DNA of 46,357 nucleotides from Jimgerdemannia flammicorona (lineage: Eukaryota). The position numbers and the translations under genes were made by a program. The stretch's first letter is position 1. The number at the start of each line of letters is the position of its first letter. Below the pieces are notes generated by a model. That model had not been told where the DNA came from and searched no databases. It worked only from the letters and a program-made list of their open reading frames with translations. Shown one piece after another: positions 22,771 to 34,759 of the stretch. The stretch is from contig RBNJ01000054.1 of the NCBI GenBank assembly GCA_003990765.1, positions 1-46,357 on the forward strand, in the 5' to 3' direction.

Positions 22771-25700
22771 GTTTGACAGGTTGTCTTGCGACACCTCATT
22801 TAAGGAGTTTACCAGTGATAGATCTGACTTTCGGGCCCAGACTAACTTCTAGAAAACGTTAGTATTTAGAGACTTGGAACCCACATTCCATGTTTGGTCC
22901 CCTTCAATACAACATAAGCAATTGTCAGTTACACTAACTAAATGCTGAACTATACTGGAAACACATAGTACTCTTATTAATAAAACATCTCCCATTCCTC
23001 TCTATCACAGTGAAGATTTATTAGACTTATAAATATAGTGTAACCTGCTGGCTCAATAGAGGCAAATTACAAGGTAGAGCAGCTATGCAAATTGGCTTGA
23101 GCTACTAGTTACTTTGTCAAAAAGTAACAAAATGTTCAATAGTTTGTCTCAGAAACTTTTCAAAATTATTACAAATAGGTAGAGTTCATTCTTAAACTTT
23201 TGGCAGAAATCTTCTGGCTTAATCTGATAAGCAGACTAAATCAATATTTTTCTCTGGTGAAGTTCTTCACTTGAACTTAGCAGCAAATATTTTTTATATC
23301 AAAAAGTGAACCAGAGTTAAATTGGATATTAAAGATCACAATCTCCTTAATAGTAACTTTAGAGCTAATATTTCTCCTAAGTGTTGTAATTCTTTTTAGA
23401 TCAAGTCTCTCTTAGCTAAAATATCTCTCAAAGTATATTAGACAGACTTGTCTTATGTTTTTAACTCTGATTTTGGACTGAGGTTTATTCACTTAAATTT
23501 CTAGAATATTTTATTTAAGTATAATTACTATCTGGTTACTATCTGGATAATTATATATTATAGTATATTATAAGGCTAATTTAGAGAAGGTGTGATTTCT
23601 CATTTCTTTAAAAAATAAGTATTCTCTAGGAAACAGATATTCTTTCAAAGAACAGTGTGTTCCAATTGAGTATATCTGATTATTTATATATATAAATTAG
23701 TAGTAAATATAAATAACACTATATATAACTATACTAAGTATTTATTATATATTATTTAGCTATACTGTAGTATTGACTTATTATCATCTTCTACTATTCT
23801 AATATTTATAGATATATATCTTCTATATCTATACTTATACTATCATTCTTTTCTATAGATATATTACTCTATTCTAGGAGCTCTTCTTCTTTCTTAGAGA
23901 ATAAAACTTCAATATAACTGATAATACTTAGTATATAGTCAGATTCACTCTCTGTATATTGTTTAGAGAGAACTGAGCTTATATATATCAGAGCTATAAT
24001 ATTATACTTATAGATTATATAAAGTCTGTCTGTAGTAATAGAATTTTTTTTTTTTTTTTAACAAACTAGTAGTATTTCTGATATAGATTTGTTCTGGGGC
24101 TTAAAGATCTTATAGTTGTTCACTAATAGTATAATAAGTCTACAGTTAATAAATCTGTAGTAGCTATTATTATAAGGTAAGGTTTTCTTAATATATTTAG
24201 ATCTATTAGAGATAGTTCCTATTAACTTTATAGAACTGAGATAGGGGAACTAATAGAGCCTAGAAGGAGCTGAAAACAAGAATCTAGAGATACTAGCCAA
24301 TTTTCTGGATCATGGTATAAATGGGTAATATATTTTGAGATAATTAATATATATATACTGGATTTCTCAAAATATAACTATCTATACTTCTTAATAGATA
24401 CTAATTACTCTAAAATTATATACAAGATAAGTTCTTCTCATTTAGGTTTTATTTTAATTACAAAATTGATATTGACTCTAAACAAGAACTTGATCTTTAA
24501 TTTTGATTTTCTAATTTCTAATTTTAGATTATAGTACTTTTTTCATTTTTTTTTATATTTTAATTATCTGGGCTCAGATCTGATTTCACAATTATTCAGT
24601 CTTATTCAGGAATTCTTTAAGATTTCCTTAATCGGCAGTCCTGGTTTTCTTAGCAAATATTATTTTTAACAGCTTCTATTTAGTTATAGAATTCTGTAAA
24701 GAGATTCATACTACTGAAGTATCTGGTAACCTATAGTTAGTTAAGAAAGTCATCAATTTGAAGTAGAGAGTAGATTCTTTTTCTGTTACTAAGTTGAGAT
24801 TTCTATATTCTATATAAAGTGTCCATTCTTCTTTATTTAATATAATAAGTATAGAGCTGTCTTACAGACTAGTTAAGACCTAATGACTTTATTATTAAAG
24901 AGTTCTTGAATATATTCTTTCTTAAATTCTTTTAGATGATAGAGTATTCTATATTGTTTCTATTAGATGGTTGATATATTTTCTGTATATATACTATAGT
25001 AGTATGATAAATTATATAACAGATTACTATAGTCTATAGTAAAGATATCTCAGTATTTATAAATGAGTTCCTCAAATTGAAATTATTATATAGTGTCAAT
25101 TATTCTCTAATATTGATAGAAGGCTTTATCTTCTCTAAGATCACAGAGTATTCTTTCATTTTTTTCTGTAATTTTCTGTCATTTTCAGATAAGTTCAACT
25201 CATAGACTTCTCTATATATTTAATTAAAATAAAGTACTAGATATTCTACAATGATTTCTTTTAGCAAAATGATATTGTTCCTTGTTCTAGCTTTCATTCA
25301 TTGCTCAAGATTGTACTGAGTTCATCTTATTAGAAAATATATATTCTTCTTTATTAAGATTCTAGAGGTCCTTATTTGGTTTAAAGAAAAGATTTCAGAA
25401 ATCTAATGGTATAATACTTTCAAAGATGCTCTGTTCTCCTAGTTTCAGAATAAGATTTCTATATAGTTTAACTTACTGACAATAGACTTATTAGAGTACA
25501 TTCTTCTTAAGGTAGTTAATATAAAAGAGTATACTTCTTTTCTTTCTGAACTTCCAAATCCTTTATTTTATATTATATCTTAGATTAGCTTAGAGTCTTT
25601 CTATAGATAGGGTATATTAAATTTCAGATAGATTGCTTAGATAATTTTTTTCTTCATAAATTTGAATTTAATTAGAGCTGTTATTCTTTAAGATAAACTT

Positions 25701-25790
25701 AATTACTTTAGTATATTCTGAGTCTATAGCTCTTCCTTCAGTTGTTAATTCTTATTTTATAGGTCTAGATCTTAAAGTTAGCTGGATATA

Positions 25791-26091
25791 GTACTCACAA
25801 CAAATCAAAGGTCCAATTTGATTCAATTTGAAGCCTGATTCAAACCCTCTTTTTGAAATATAATAACTCAATGAATACACATCCAAATTCAATGACTCTT
25901 TACTTGTTAGATTCTTCTTATATAGGGAAATATAACAGGCTAAATATCATTAAATTTGGAGATGTATCTATTGAGTTATTATATTTCAAAAATAGGATTC
26001 AAATTGGACCCTCAATTTAATTCAAATTTGATTTTATTTGAATGACCCTCAATTCAATTCAATTCAAATTGATTTGATTCATTTGGGAGTA
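25791..26091. mobile_element. 300-bp foldback/MITE inserted in the old gypsy dUTPase
   Basis: Termini are 'gtactcacaa...' and '...ttgggagta'. Internal arms 'tttttgaaatataataactcaat' (25850) and 'attgagttattatatttcaaaaa' (25970) pair perfectly. Flanks are ttagctggatata (25778-25790) and ttagttggatgta (26092-26104). Confidence 0.8.
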
Positions 26092-26254
26092 TTAGTTGGA
26101 TGTATATTTCTTCTGAGATTTGTATAATATATAAGTTCTATGCTTATAAGCCTTATACTTCCTAGGTTTAGACCTTTTTATTAGAGATTCTAGCTTCAGC
26201 CTCATCAGCCCAACTCACAATCTCATACCCTCATCCCCTCTCATCTTCATCATC

Positions 26255-26767
26255 ATGAGGCTTTCCAATGCCCTCGTCCTCTTCAACCTTCTGATGATAC
26301 TCACCACTGTTGTTATGTCCATCCCGATCCCTATCCACCACAGTCACAAGGATGGAGCTGCTCTCACACGTAGAGGAGATCCTGCATCTGCCATTCATAA
26401 AGGTGTTGAGAAGAGAGGGAAGAAGTCTCCTCTGTCAAAGGATTGTGATTGTGATGATGATTGTGACTGTGACCATGACTGCGACCATGATTGTGATGAT
26501 GATTGCCACTATGATTGCCACCATGATTGCGACGATGATTGCCACCATGATTGCTACTATGATTGTGATGATGATTGCCACCATGATTGTGATGATGACT
26601 GTGATGACAATTGCCACCACAATTGCCACCACAATTGCGATAACGATTGTGATGATGATTGTAATGACGATTGTGACAATGATTGTGATGATGATTGCAA
26701 TGACAATTGCAATGACAATTACAATGACAATTGCAATGACAATTGCGATGATGATTGTGACCATTGA
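26255..26767 (+). CDS. secreted Cys/Asp/His/Asn-rich repeat protein (retrocopy; possibly already pseudogenising)
   Basis: Hydrophobic signal-like N-terminus, dibasic RR and KR sites, then 27 Cys mostly spaced C-x3-C (CDDD/CHHD/CNDN) on a 12-nt DNA repeat. Confidence 0.75.
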   Translation: MRLSNALVLFNLLMILTTVVMSIPIPIHHSHKDGAALTRRGDPASAIHKGVEKRGKKSPLSKDCDCDDDCDCDHDCDHDCDDDCHYDCHHDCDDDCHHDCYYDCDDDCHHDCDDDCDDNCHHNCHHNCDNDCDDDCNDDCDNDCDDDCNDNCNDNYNDNCNDNCDDDCDH

Positions 26768-26957
26768 TCTTACCCAGCAAACAGTTGTCATGGGTGTGAA
26801 GGTCGATGTTGTGGTATGTTGATGAGACTTTAAAGGGTTTAGTTAATGCAATTTTTCATTGCGACATGTATATTGTATCAATAATGACATTGTACCTACG
26901 AGGTTTTCTTTTTTCTTTTCGAGAGGCAAAAAGCCACTCGTGTTTATAAATTTTGGC

Positions 26958-26963
26958 AATAAA
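26958..26963 (+). terminator. polyadenylation signal AATAAA of the retrocopied mRNA
   Basis: Lies 13 nt upstream of the A31 tail. Confidence 0.8.
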
Positions 26964-26974
26964 TGAAATGAAAG

Positions 26975-27009
<35 letters not shown>

Positions 27010-27389
27010 GAGATTCTAGCTTATATATTTCTTATAGACTTTTGCTGAGAAATGGCTTCTAGATATAATAAGATATTCTGTACTATATCTTTGCTGAGTG
27101 TGAGTTATCCTTTGGCAGAGACATCTGTAGTTATAAGTTATAAGTTTAGATATTGAGATGAGACCATCTTTCTTATCTAGCAAGATCTTAGAGATAGTTG
27201 ATATCTCTTCTTTCAGTAGAGTCAAGGGTATCTATAAAGTTGGTGATATATTCTACCCATTCTTAGTAAGTAATAATTCTGATGAGAACTCAAATATTAT
27301 CTTCTGGATTATATATCTTGAAAGTTCTCCTTATACTACTTCTTTTAAATTTTTACTCTGATATCTTCTTTCTTAAGTATATGTATAGC

Positions 27390-28652
27390 TTAGCTAGATG
27401 ATGTGAACAATCAGCCAGATGATGTGAACATACAGCATAGTAACCAGCAACCATTGCTATGGAAACTGTATAATTAGCAGAAAATACCAGATAGGGTCTG
27501 TTTATCTGTATAGACTCTGTATACCTGCCATAGAGAGCAAATCTATAGTTAGCCACATAGCAACCAGATACATAGCAACCCCAATGTATAAATTACCCCA
27601 GAGACAAGAGTGAATAAACCTTAGTCCGAAATTGAGGCAAAAGACAAGTCTGCCTACCATACTTTGAGAGGAACTCTATAGCTACTACTAGGAGATTATG
27701 AGCTTATTTCCCCACTCTGGTCCACTTTCTGATATAAAGAACAAGTTTATTTTTGATTTGCTTGCCAGATAAGCCTGAAGATTTGCTGCCTAAGTTCAAG
27801 GAAGAACTTTGCACTGTTTCCAAGTTAGAAAGCCTAAAAGAAAGCCACCTTGCTCAAGCCAGTTTCTGATGCAACTTCACAGTGAATCTGTTTGTGTAAA
27901 CGAAGCCAGTCTCTAATGTAACTTTGCCAAGAGACCCTTTCCTAGCCAAGCTGCTGATTCAGGAAGAATCTGCACCATCCGAGTTATTTTCCAGAAGCCT
28001 GCCAATTCCAGAGAATCTGCATCATCTACTGTTTTCAAGTTATTTGCCATATTCCCAGTTGAAGCCACTGATTCAGAAGAATCTTTGCCATCATATTCCC
28101 AGAAGAACTTGCCAACTTAGGAAGAATCTGTGACATCTGAGTTATCTGAGTTACCTGAATTATCCACTGCCAAGTTATTCATTATTCCTAGTAAGCCTGA
28201 GAAGAATCTGCTGCCAGTACAATTTCCAGTACAGAGAATCTGCACTATCCTCTATTCCCAGTGAGCCAAATCAAGCCATCTGCCAGAAATCATATACTTT
28301 TGGAGATCATCGTGCTACACAGAGATCACCTGTCACTCAAGAAGAAGAACCACTAAATTGCTAGACTGTCACACACAGAGATCATCACACTATACAAATT
28401 GTGGCATTCCCAGTTGACCCAAGAAGGAAATCCATTTACACACAAATCGCTATTACACCCAGAGAACCATCCCAATAAGGAAATTGCCAGAATTGCTTGC
28501 AGATATCCAGCTTTTGACTATTATACCACTAAACACCAAGAACCTCAGGAAAAAACATTTTATTGCTTTTTGACAAAGTAACTGGAGGCTCAAGCCAAAC
28601 TACATCAATCCCCAACCTTGTAATTTGCCTCCATTGAGCCAGGCACATTACA
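27390..28652 (+). repeat. 5' LTR (first ~35 bp missing relative to the 3' LTR)
   Basis: Colinear with 36266-37581 and ends ...CATTACA. Contains internal 'gaagaatctg...' subrepeats. Confidence 0.93.
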
Positions 28653-28654
28653 TT

Positions 28655-28671
28655 TGGGGGCTCAACTAGGA
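28655..28671 (+). promoter_or_regulatory. primer-binding site, tRNA-Pro type
   Basis: TGGGGGCTCAACTAGGA two bases after the LTR. It resembles the known tRNA-Pro PBS TGGGGGCTCGTCCGGGA, differing mostly by CpG-type transitions. Confidence 0.75.
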
Positions 28672-28685
28672 AGATTTCAAAATCA

Positions 28686-30400
28686 ATGTAACTTTTCAGC
28701 TCACAAGAACCCACAGTCAAACTGGATATATTTGATATAACACCAACCTCTGCTACTACAGAAGAACCAGTTATCACCAGCATCTGGACAGGAAGAGAAG
28801 TAATTACTTCAAGATTTGCCAATTACCCAGCATCAGAAGGATCCCAATCAGAACCAGAAGGCAGTACAGTCTGAAATCCCCAACCAGATCAACCAGACAA
28901 TACAGGCAGCCCTGCTAGAGATTTTGGAGAACTTGTACAAGAACTAGAAGACCTTATCACATGAACCTGAGACCTTACAGCTAGATGCCCCAGATTAGCC
29001 CCACCAATTTCACCAATAGAACCTTTACTACAACCCCTTGCAGAGCCAGAAGTAGCTCCCACAAGAATACCTAGACCTATTCCACTTCATCCAAGGTCTA
29101 GAACACCATCCTCAAGATACCCAAGCACTCCCATCTCTAGTGATAGCTCAGAAAGTGAATCAGAATCTGAATCTGAACCAGAACTAGAATCAGAAGGAAG
29201 TGATGATGAAATGGCCACCTCATTGCCAACCTTTACAGGATATCTAGAGGAAGACTCCAGAGAATTCCTTGATGGAATCAAAGAAATCACAGTCTTGAGA
29301 AATCTCTCAGATGAAAGAAAAATTGCCATCTATAAAGCTCAGCTCAGAGAACCAGCCAGAGGAATTTTTCATTGAACAGCAAATGACCGAGATTCAAAAC
29401 TAGCAAGACAGATCCAAGCAGCAATGTCTGATGAGCTAGAATATGAGGCCATGGTCCACTGGCTTATCGAAAAGTATGCAGGAAATGAAACCCACTACAA
29501 GGCTCAAGAATCTATCATAGAAATGAAGATGAATTTCAGAGAATCACCCAGAGCCTTCTTTACAAGAATCCAGAAAAGAATGCATGCTGCCAGGTTCAAT
29601 GCCATCAACCAGGATATCATTGGTCCAATGACCTTCATGAATGGAATTCCCCCAAACATTGCCCAGCATGTCTGTACCCTAGACATCAGAAGGTCCAAAG
29701 AGCAAGTAGATGTAGCCCAAGAATTCTTTGATGTCAGACAAGGAACTACCTGGAGTGATCATGATAGAAAAGAAGAGAAAGAAGACATCCTGGTCAAAGC
29801 CTTACAAGGACTCCTTCAAGAACAAGAAAGATTGGAAGAAAGAAGGCCAGCCAAGGAAGGAAAGAAGGACAGAAGCAAAATCCAAGACCTTAGCTCCAAG
29901 TTAGACCAATTGGTTGGACAGATTGAAAAACTCACTACATGCAAGAATTGGGGCTACCAAGACAACAGAGGATACCCACCACAGAGGAGCCAAGGTTACC
30001 TACTAAGAAATAATGGGAATTACCAGCAAGAAGAAAAAAGGTACTCCATCTGAGACAGAGCCCAAGTCCAATGCTTCCATTGTGGACAATTTGGACACTA
30101 TGCCACTGAATGTGACAACAAAAGAAGTGACCAAAGGGACTCAGAACCACCAAACCAGAGGAATGACACTTAGTACAAGAAGACCGAAGCACATCCTGTT
30201 GAAGATTTTGAGGAAGCAAGCAACAGTGAAGACTACAGTGACCTAGATTTGTACTCTACCAAGGTTACCACTTGGAAAACAGTCTACCTAGCATAGAGAA
30301 GGAAGATACCTGTGGGAAGGCCATCCAGGAATATCAGCAGAAGAATTATCCAAGAAGAGGATGAAGAACATAAAGAGGAGCAGGTAGAAACACCCCTCTG
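28686..30400 (+). pseudogene. gag: gag (capsid-like region and CCHC zinc knuckle)
   Basis: One frame from ATG 28686 (followed by TAA) through LPTFTGYLEEDSREFL (about 29223) and ORF 29424..30053 to CFHCGQFGHYATEC at 30072-30113. Confidence 0.88.
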
Positions 30401-30729
30401 AACTCACTCACCTTTTGTTCCTGAGACAAATGAATTGCCACCAGAAGATGAAGAAATGAAACAAGAAGAACAGGAACCTGCTGCTCCAAAGCCTAAAAAA
30501 AAGTATACTCCAAACACCATGCCTAGAGACATTTACAACGAAGCCTGGCAGAAGATTCAAGAAGCCAAGATAGAAGTCCCCCTCCTGCAGTTCTTGCAAC
30601 TGACACCAGCCAGAGTCTGAAACAAATTGCTGAGAACCACCAGGTCTAGCCCTGGCTGAGTCCCAATCCCACAGCAAGAACCAGCTTCCATCCCTGTCCA
30701 AGCAGCCAAAAGACATGTCAGCACCTACC

Positions 30730-31070
30730 TACATGGAGATATTGAAGGACAAAAGGCGAAAATCCTCATAGATACTGGAGCAGCTGTCTGTATCATTGCC
30801 AAACGGTTCCTAGACACCCTTCAATGGCCCATTGATGGACCATCCAACCTCAGCAACATAGTAGCAGATGGAGCCCAAACTCAACCCCTTGGAGAAGTAT
30901 GAAATATCACCATCTCTCTTGGACACATTTAGTTCTCCATCCCCAAAGCTGTTGTCACCAAAGCTGTCACCTATGACATAATTCTTGGCACCAACTGGAT
31001 GAAGGAAATGAATGCAGTTGTTGATATTGGCCAAAAAGTACTCAAGTTTGATTACTGAGGCAAGAAGTAT
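30730..31070 (+). pseudogene. aspartic protease domain of pol
   Basis: ILIDTGAAVCII (Asp at 30771) and YDIILGTNW, in the gag frame. Confidence 0.9.
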
Positions 31071-32399
31071 AGAGTTAAGGTGACCAGCCAGCTACAAGCA
31101 ATCAAAGAAGAAGAAGAAGGTCACTATTCAGAAAAAATATACCAGTAGTGAGGAATCTACCACAGAAGAAGAGGAAGAATATAAAGATGGAAATGATCCC
31201 AGACTCAATCCCCAAATTAACCTGGTGGATGACAGACTAGAAGAAAATGTGTGGGCTAAGAACACTATCCCCATCACCATTGGAGCCATTGCAGGAGAAG
31301 CCAAAGGATATCCTACCTACCTCAAAAGACACAAGTGTCCTGGGCACTCCTCCAAGATCATGAGAACAAGGAAATCACCCAGCACAGCCTGTCCAGAGTG
31401 CAGAAGAAAGAAGAAGAAATGCAGATATGTTCCAGAAACACCTGCAACTGAGGCTGCAGAAGTACAAGCAATTTGGGGTCAAGAATCATCTGAGGAAGAA
31501 GAAACTTCCAACCAAGAAGTTGCTGAGCAAGAAGTACCTGAAGAAGAAGAGGTCCCTGAACTCATTCCCTGGGATGACCCTCACTGGACACTACCTGAAG
31601 ACAATGATCCTTGGAATACAGAAGAAGGATCCAGTACAATCACTATTATTCTCAAGAAAGAAACTCACCAAGAGAAGGCTTTTTGGCTTGGAAGGTGTCC
31701 ATACCAAATGATCTTCCACTCCCCCTGAGACTACTGCTATCAGTGTCACCTGTTGGATCAATAAGAAAGACAGAGACCCCAGAGACCAGAACCCCCAACT
31801 ATACTTATATAGTCAACCACCTTTCAGGAAGTCACTACAAGGGTACAAAGTCGATTTAGAGGACAAAGCTTCTTCACCCAAACAGAAATAGACCCCTTGT
31901 CTACCCTTCCCCTGACTTATGATCAAGATGGATACCATTTTCCAAGATAGCAAGAAATCAATAACTGGGAACACTATTTCAGAGTAATAGGATATTGCAA
32001 CTATAGAAGACACCCAGACTGCCCAGACTGCAGGCATCAGAAGATCCATCTCAGCCATGATGTTGCAGTCTACACCTTGAAGAGAGGAGACAACCAAAGT
32101 CAGATCCAAAAAAGCCAGACCAAAAAACCAGGAAGAAGGACCCTCAAGATCTATGATTGAGGTAAAGACATTCTAGCTCTCATCAGACATGCAACCCACC
32201 AAGGATGGGCAGAAGATGCCACCAACTTCATAGAAGCCCTTGACCCTATAGGCAAAAGGGGAATCAACTATCTCTGAGATCTCTCTACTGGAGCCAGATG
32301 GCCACACCTTAATCTTAGAGCTTGGAGGCTCTCTGCTAGTGGAGCCTCAGCTCTAGGAGAGCCTGAACTCAGCAAGGACATTGTCTAGTATGCCCTGCT

Positions 32400-32793
32400 A
32401 CATCCCAACGCCAAACTTCTGACCAAAGCCCACCTAGAAGATGTAGGATATAATCTTCACAGTCTGGAGGATGAATCAATCAAGCCTGGAAAAATCTTCA
32501 TAATCAGAACTGGATTAGCCATACAGCCACCCCAAGGAGCTTACATCCAATTGACCTCAAGGTCTGGACTTGCCAGACAAGGAATAACTGTAGAAGGAGG
32601 AACCATCAATCCAGGATATACAGGCGAAATCAAGGTTATCCTACACAACAGCAGTGCAGAATGGCACTGAATCATTAGAGGACAGAAGATTGCCCAAGCA
32701 GTCTTCATGAAGGTCAGGACCCCACAAATATAGGAAGTATCTGAACTGACTGAAGGAATAAGGCAAGCCAAAGAATTTGGAAGCTCAGACAAG
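32400..32793 (+). pseudogene. dUTPase domain of pol
   Basis: DVGYNL, RTGLAI, QLTSRSGLA, GGTINPGYTGEIKVIL, GQKIAQ and RQAKEFGSS correspond to trimeric dUTPase motifs I-V. Confidence 0.92.
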
Positions 32794-33249
32794 AAGGAAG
32801 TACATCTCCTTCAAGTCAACCACCTCAAGAAGAATGCTCCCCAACAAGTGTACCGGCAACCAGTCAGGCTACATAAGAATCTTATCCTAGAGCCTGGAGA
32901 ACAAGCTACCTTTGAAATCTTTGCACCACCTGACCCCAGAAATCTTTTCTTCAAACCTAAGGAAGATATTCTCCACCTGGACATAGAGGGACACCCATTC
33001 CCTGACAAGATGAATCCAGTACACTCCAGAGCAACCAACCAAAGTTGGGAAACCATCATCTTGCTGAAAGGAACCATAATAGGATATCTGGTACCTTTTC
33101 TCAACCGAACTCATAGAGAAGTTTATGAACTAAACCTATTGGGAAATGGCAAAAGGTCTCAGAAAAAAGGAAAGGCCCCTCTGCGACCCAGGAGACAGTG
33201 AAGCCTTCCACCAACATTGGAGAAGAATTGTCACCTCAACAATGGCAAC

Positions 33250-34615
33250 AATTAGTAGAACTTCTCAACAAAATATCAAGATATCTTCACCACCGATTAT
33301 GGCAACCTGCCATACAATCCATCATATCACCACAGCATAAATACAGGAAACACAACACCCATCTGGCAGAAACCCTATAGAATACCCCATTACTTGAAAA
33401 CATTTGAGAAGGAGCACATTCAAGAACTCTTAGACAATGGGGGTCATCTGACCCTCTACCAGCCCCTGGGCCAGCTCTATACTTATTGCACCAAAGAAAG
33501 GAGGATGGAGACTCTGCATGGATTACAGGAAACTCAATTCAGTCACCGAAAAGGATGCATATCCTCTGCCCAGAATTGATGACCTCTTAGATCAGTTACA
33601 AGATGCCAGATACTTCAGCAGTATGGACCTCTTTGCAGGATTCCATGAGATCCCCATGGACCCAAAGGACATCCAAAAGACAGCCTTCCTTACTCTAGAA
33701 AAACTGTTTGAGTACCTCTGAATACCCTTTGGACTTTGCAATGCACCCCCCACCTTCCAGAGGATGATGAATTCAGTCTATGCCCCCTTGATCTACCACT
33801 GACTGATTGTATACATGGATGATTTCAACATCTATTTAGCAAATTTTGAAGAATACCTGCACCATCTGGAGGAATTCTTCAAGCTCACCCACAAAAACCA
33901 CTTGAGACTGAATGTAAAGAAATGCTACTTTGGGAAACAGAAACTTGAATTCCTCAGATTCATAGTCTCAAAAGAAGGAACCCATACAGAACCAAAGAAA
34001 ACTGAGAAGATCAACAATTGGCCAGTACCCAAGACTCTAAAAGAAGCATTATCATTTCTGATACTAGTATCCTACTATAGAAGGTTTATCAAGGACTTTG
34101 CCCAAATTGCTGTCCCAATCCAAATCCTTCTTAAGAAAGGAGTACCATTCAAATGGACAGAATCACAAGAAAAAGCTTTCAAAGAACTCAAGAACTGTAT
34201 AACTACAGCACCAATCCTTGTGCACCCCAATCTACAGAGGCCATTCATCTTGTATATAGATGCTTCTAAGGATGGCCTTGGAGCAGTTCTAGCCCAAGAA
34301 GGACCCAATCAATAGTACCATATGATAGCTTATACAAGCAGAGCTACCAATCAGCAGCAGATGAACTATGGTAGCACCAAACAGGAATATCTTGCAGTCA
34401 TATGGGCAGTCAACCTGTTCAAACATTACCTCATCAGAAAAAGATTCACCCTGATCACAGACCATGTAGCCCTCAAATGGTTATTTAACTGTAAGGAACC
34501 TACCAGAATCCTAGCCTGCTGGATCCTTATACTTCAGGATTACAAAATCACCATCATCCACAAAGCAGAGAAAGCTCACAACATTGTTGATGTACTTTCC
34601 CACCAGCCCCAATGA
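33250..34615 (+). pseudogene. reverse transcriptase and RNase H domains of pol
   Basis: DYRKLN, DAYPLPRIDDLLDQL, PFGLCNAPPTFQRMM, YMDD (33812-33823), FILYIDASKDGLGAVLAQ and FTLITDHVALKWL. Confidence 0.96.
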
Positions 34616-34759
34616 ATCAGAAGAAGGGTGTCCTGAGGAACTATACCCTAAAGGAAGCTCCTCAGACCATTAAGGTACAAGCAGATCTCATCTGTATAAA
34701 ACATCAGAAAACCCATTAGGGACAGACAAATACAGAAGACAAGATTCGAAAACTGTACC

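Larger units (their letters stand above)
26182..27022 (+). mobile_element. processed mRNA retrocopy (insert 26197-27007) with 15-bp target-site duplication
   Basis: TAGAGATTCTAGCTT at 26182-26196 and 27008-27022, AATAAA at 26958-26963, A31 at 26977-27007, an intronless ORF, and host gypsy sequence resuming across the insert. Confidence 0.93.
23039..27384 (-). mobile_element. old, heavily mutated Ty3/gypsy element, left part (3' LTR, 3' ORF, integrase end, RT start, dUTPase), containing nested insertions
   Basis: LTR end 'tgtaacctgctggctcaatagaggcaaattacaagg' at 23039. The reverse complement is colinear with 36190-35300 and 33630-32150 of the younger element, with an internal deletion near 24700. 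Confidence 0.88.

Noticed and set aside
22482-22776. His/Leu-rich ORFs
   Set aside because: By-products of the minisatellite.
26310-26822. Overlapping Met/Ile/Thr-rich and antisense His/Asn- or Ile-rich ORFs
   Set aside because: Alternative frames of the 12-nt repeat. Only 26255..26767 has a signal peptide, the first ATG and poly(A) polarity.
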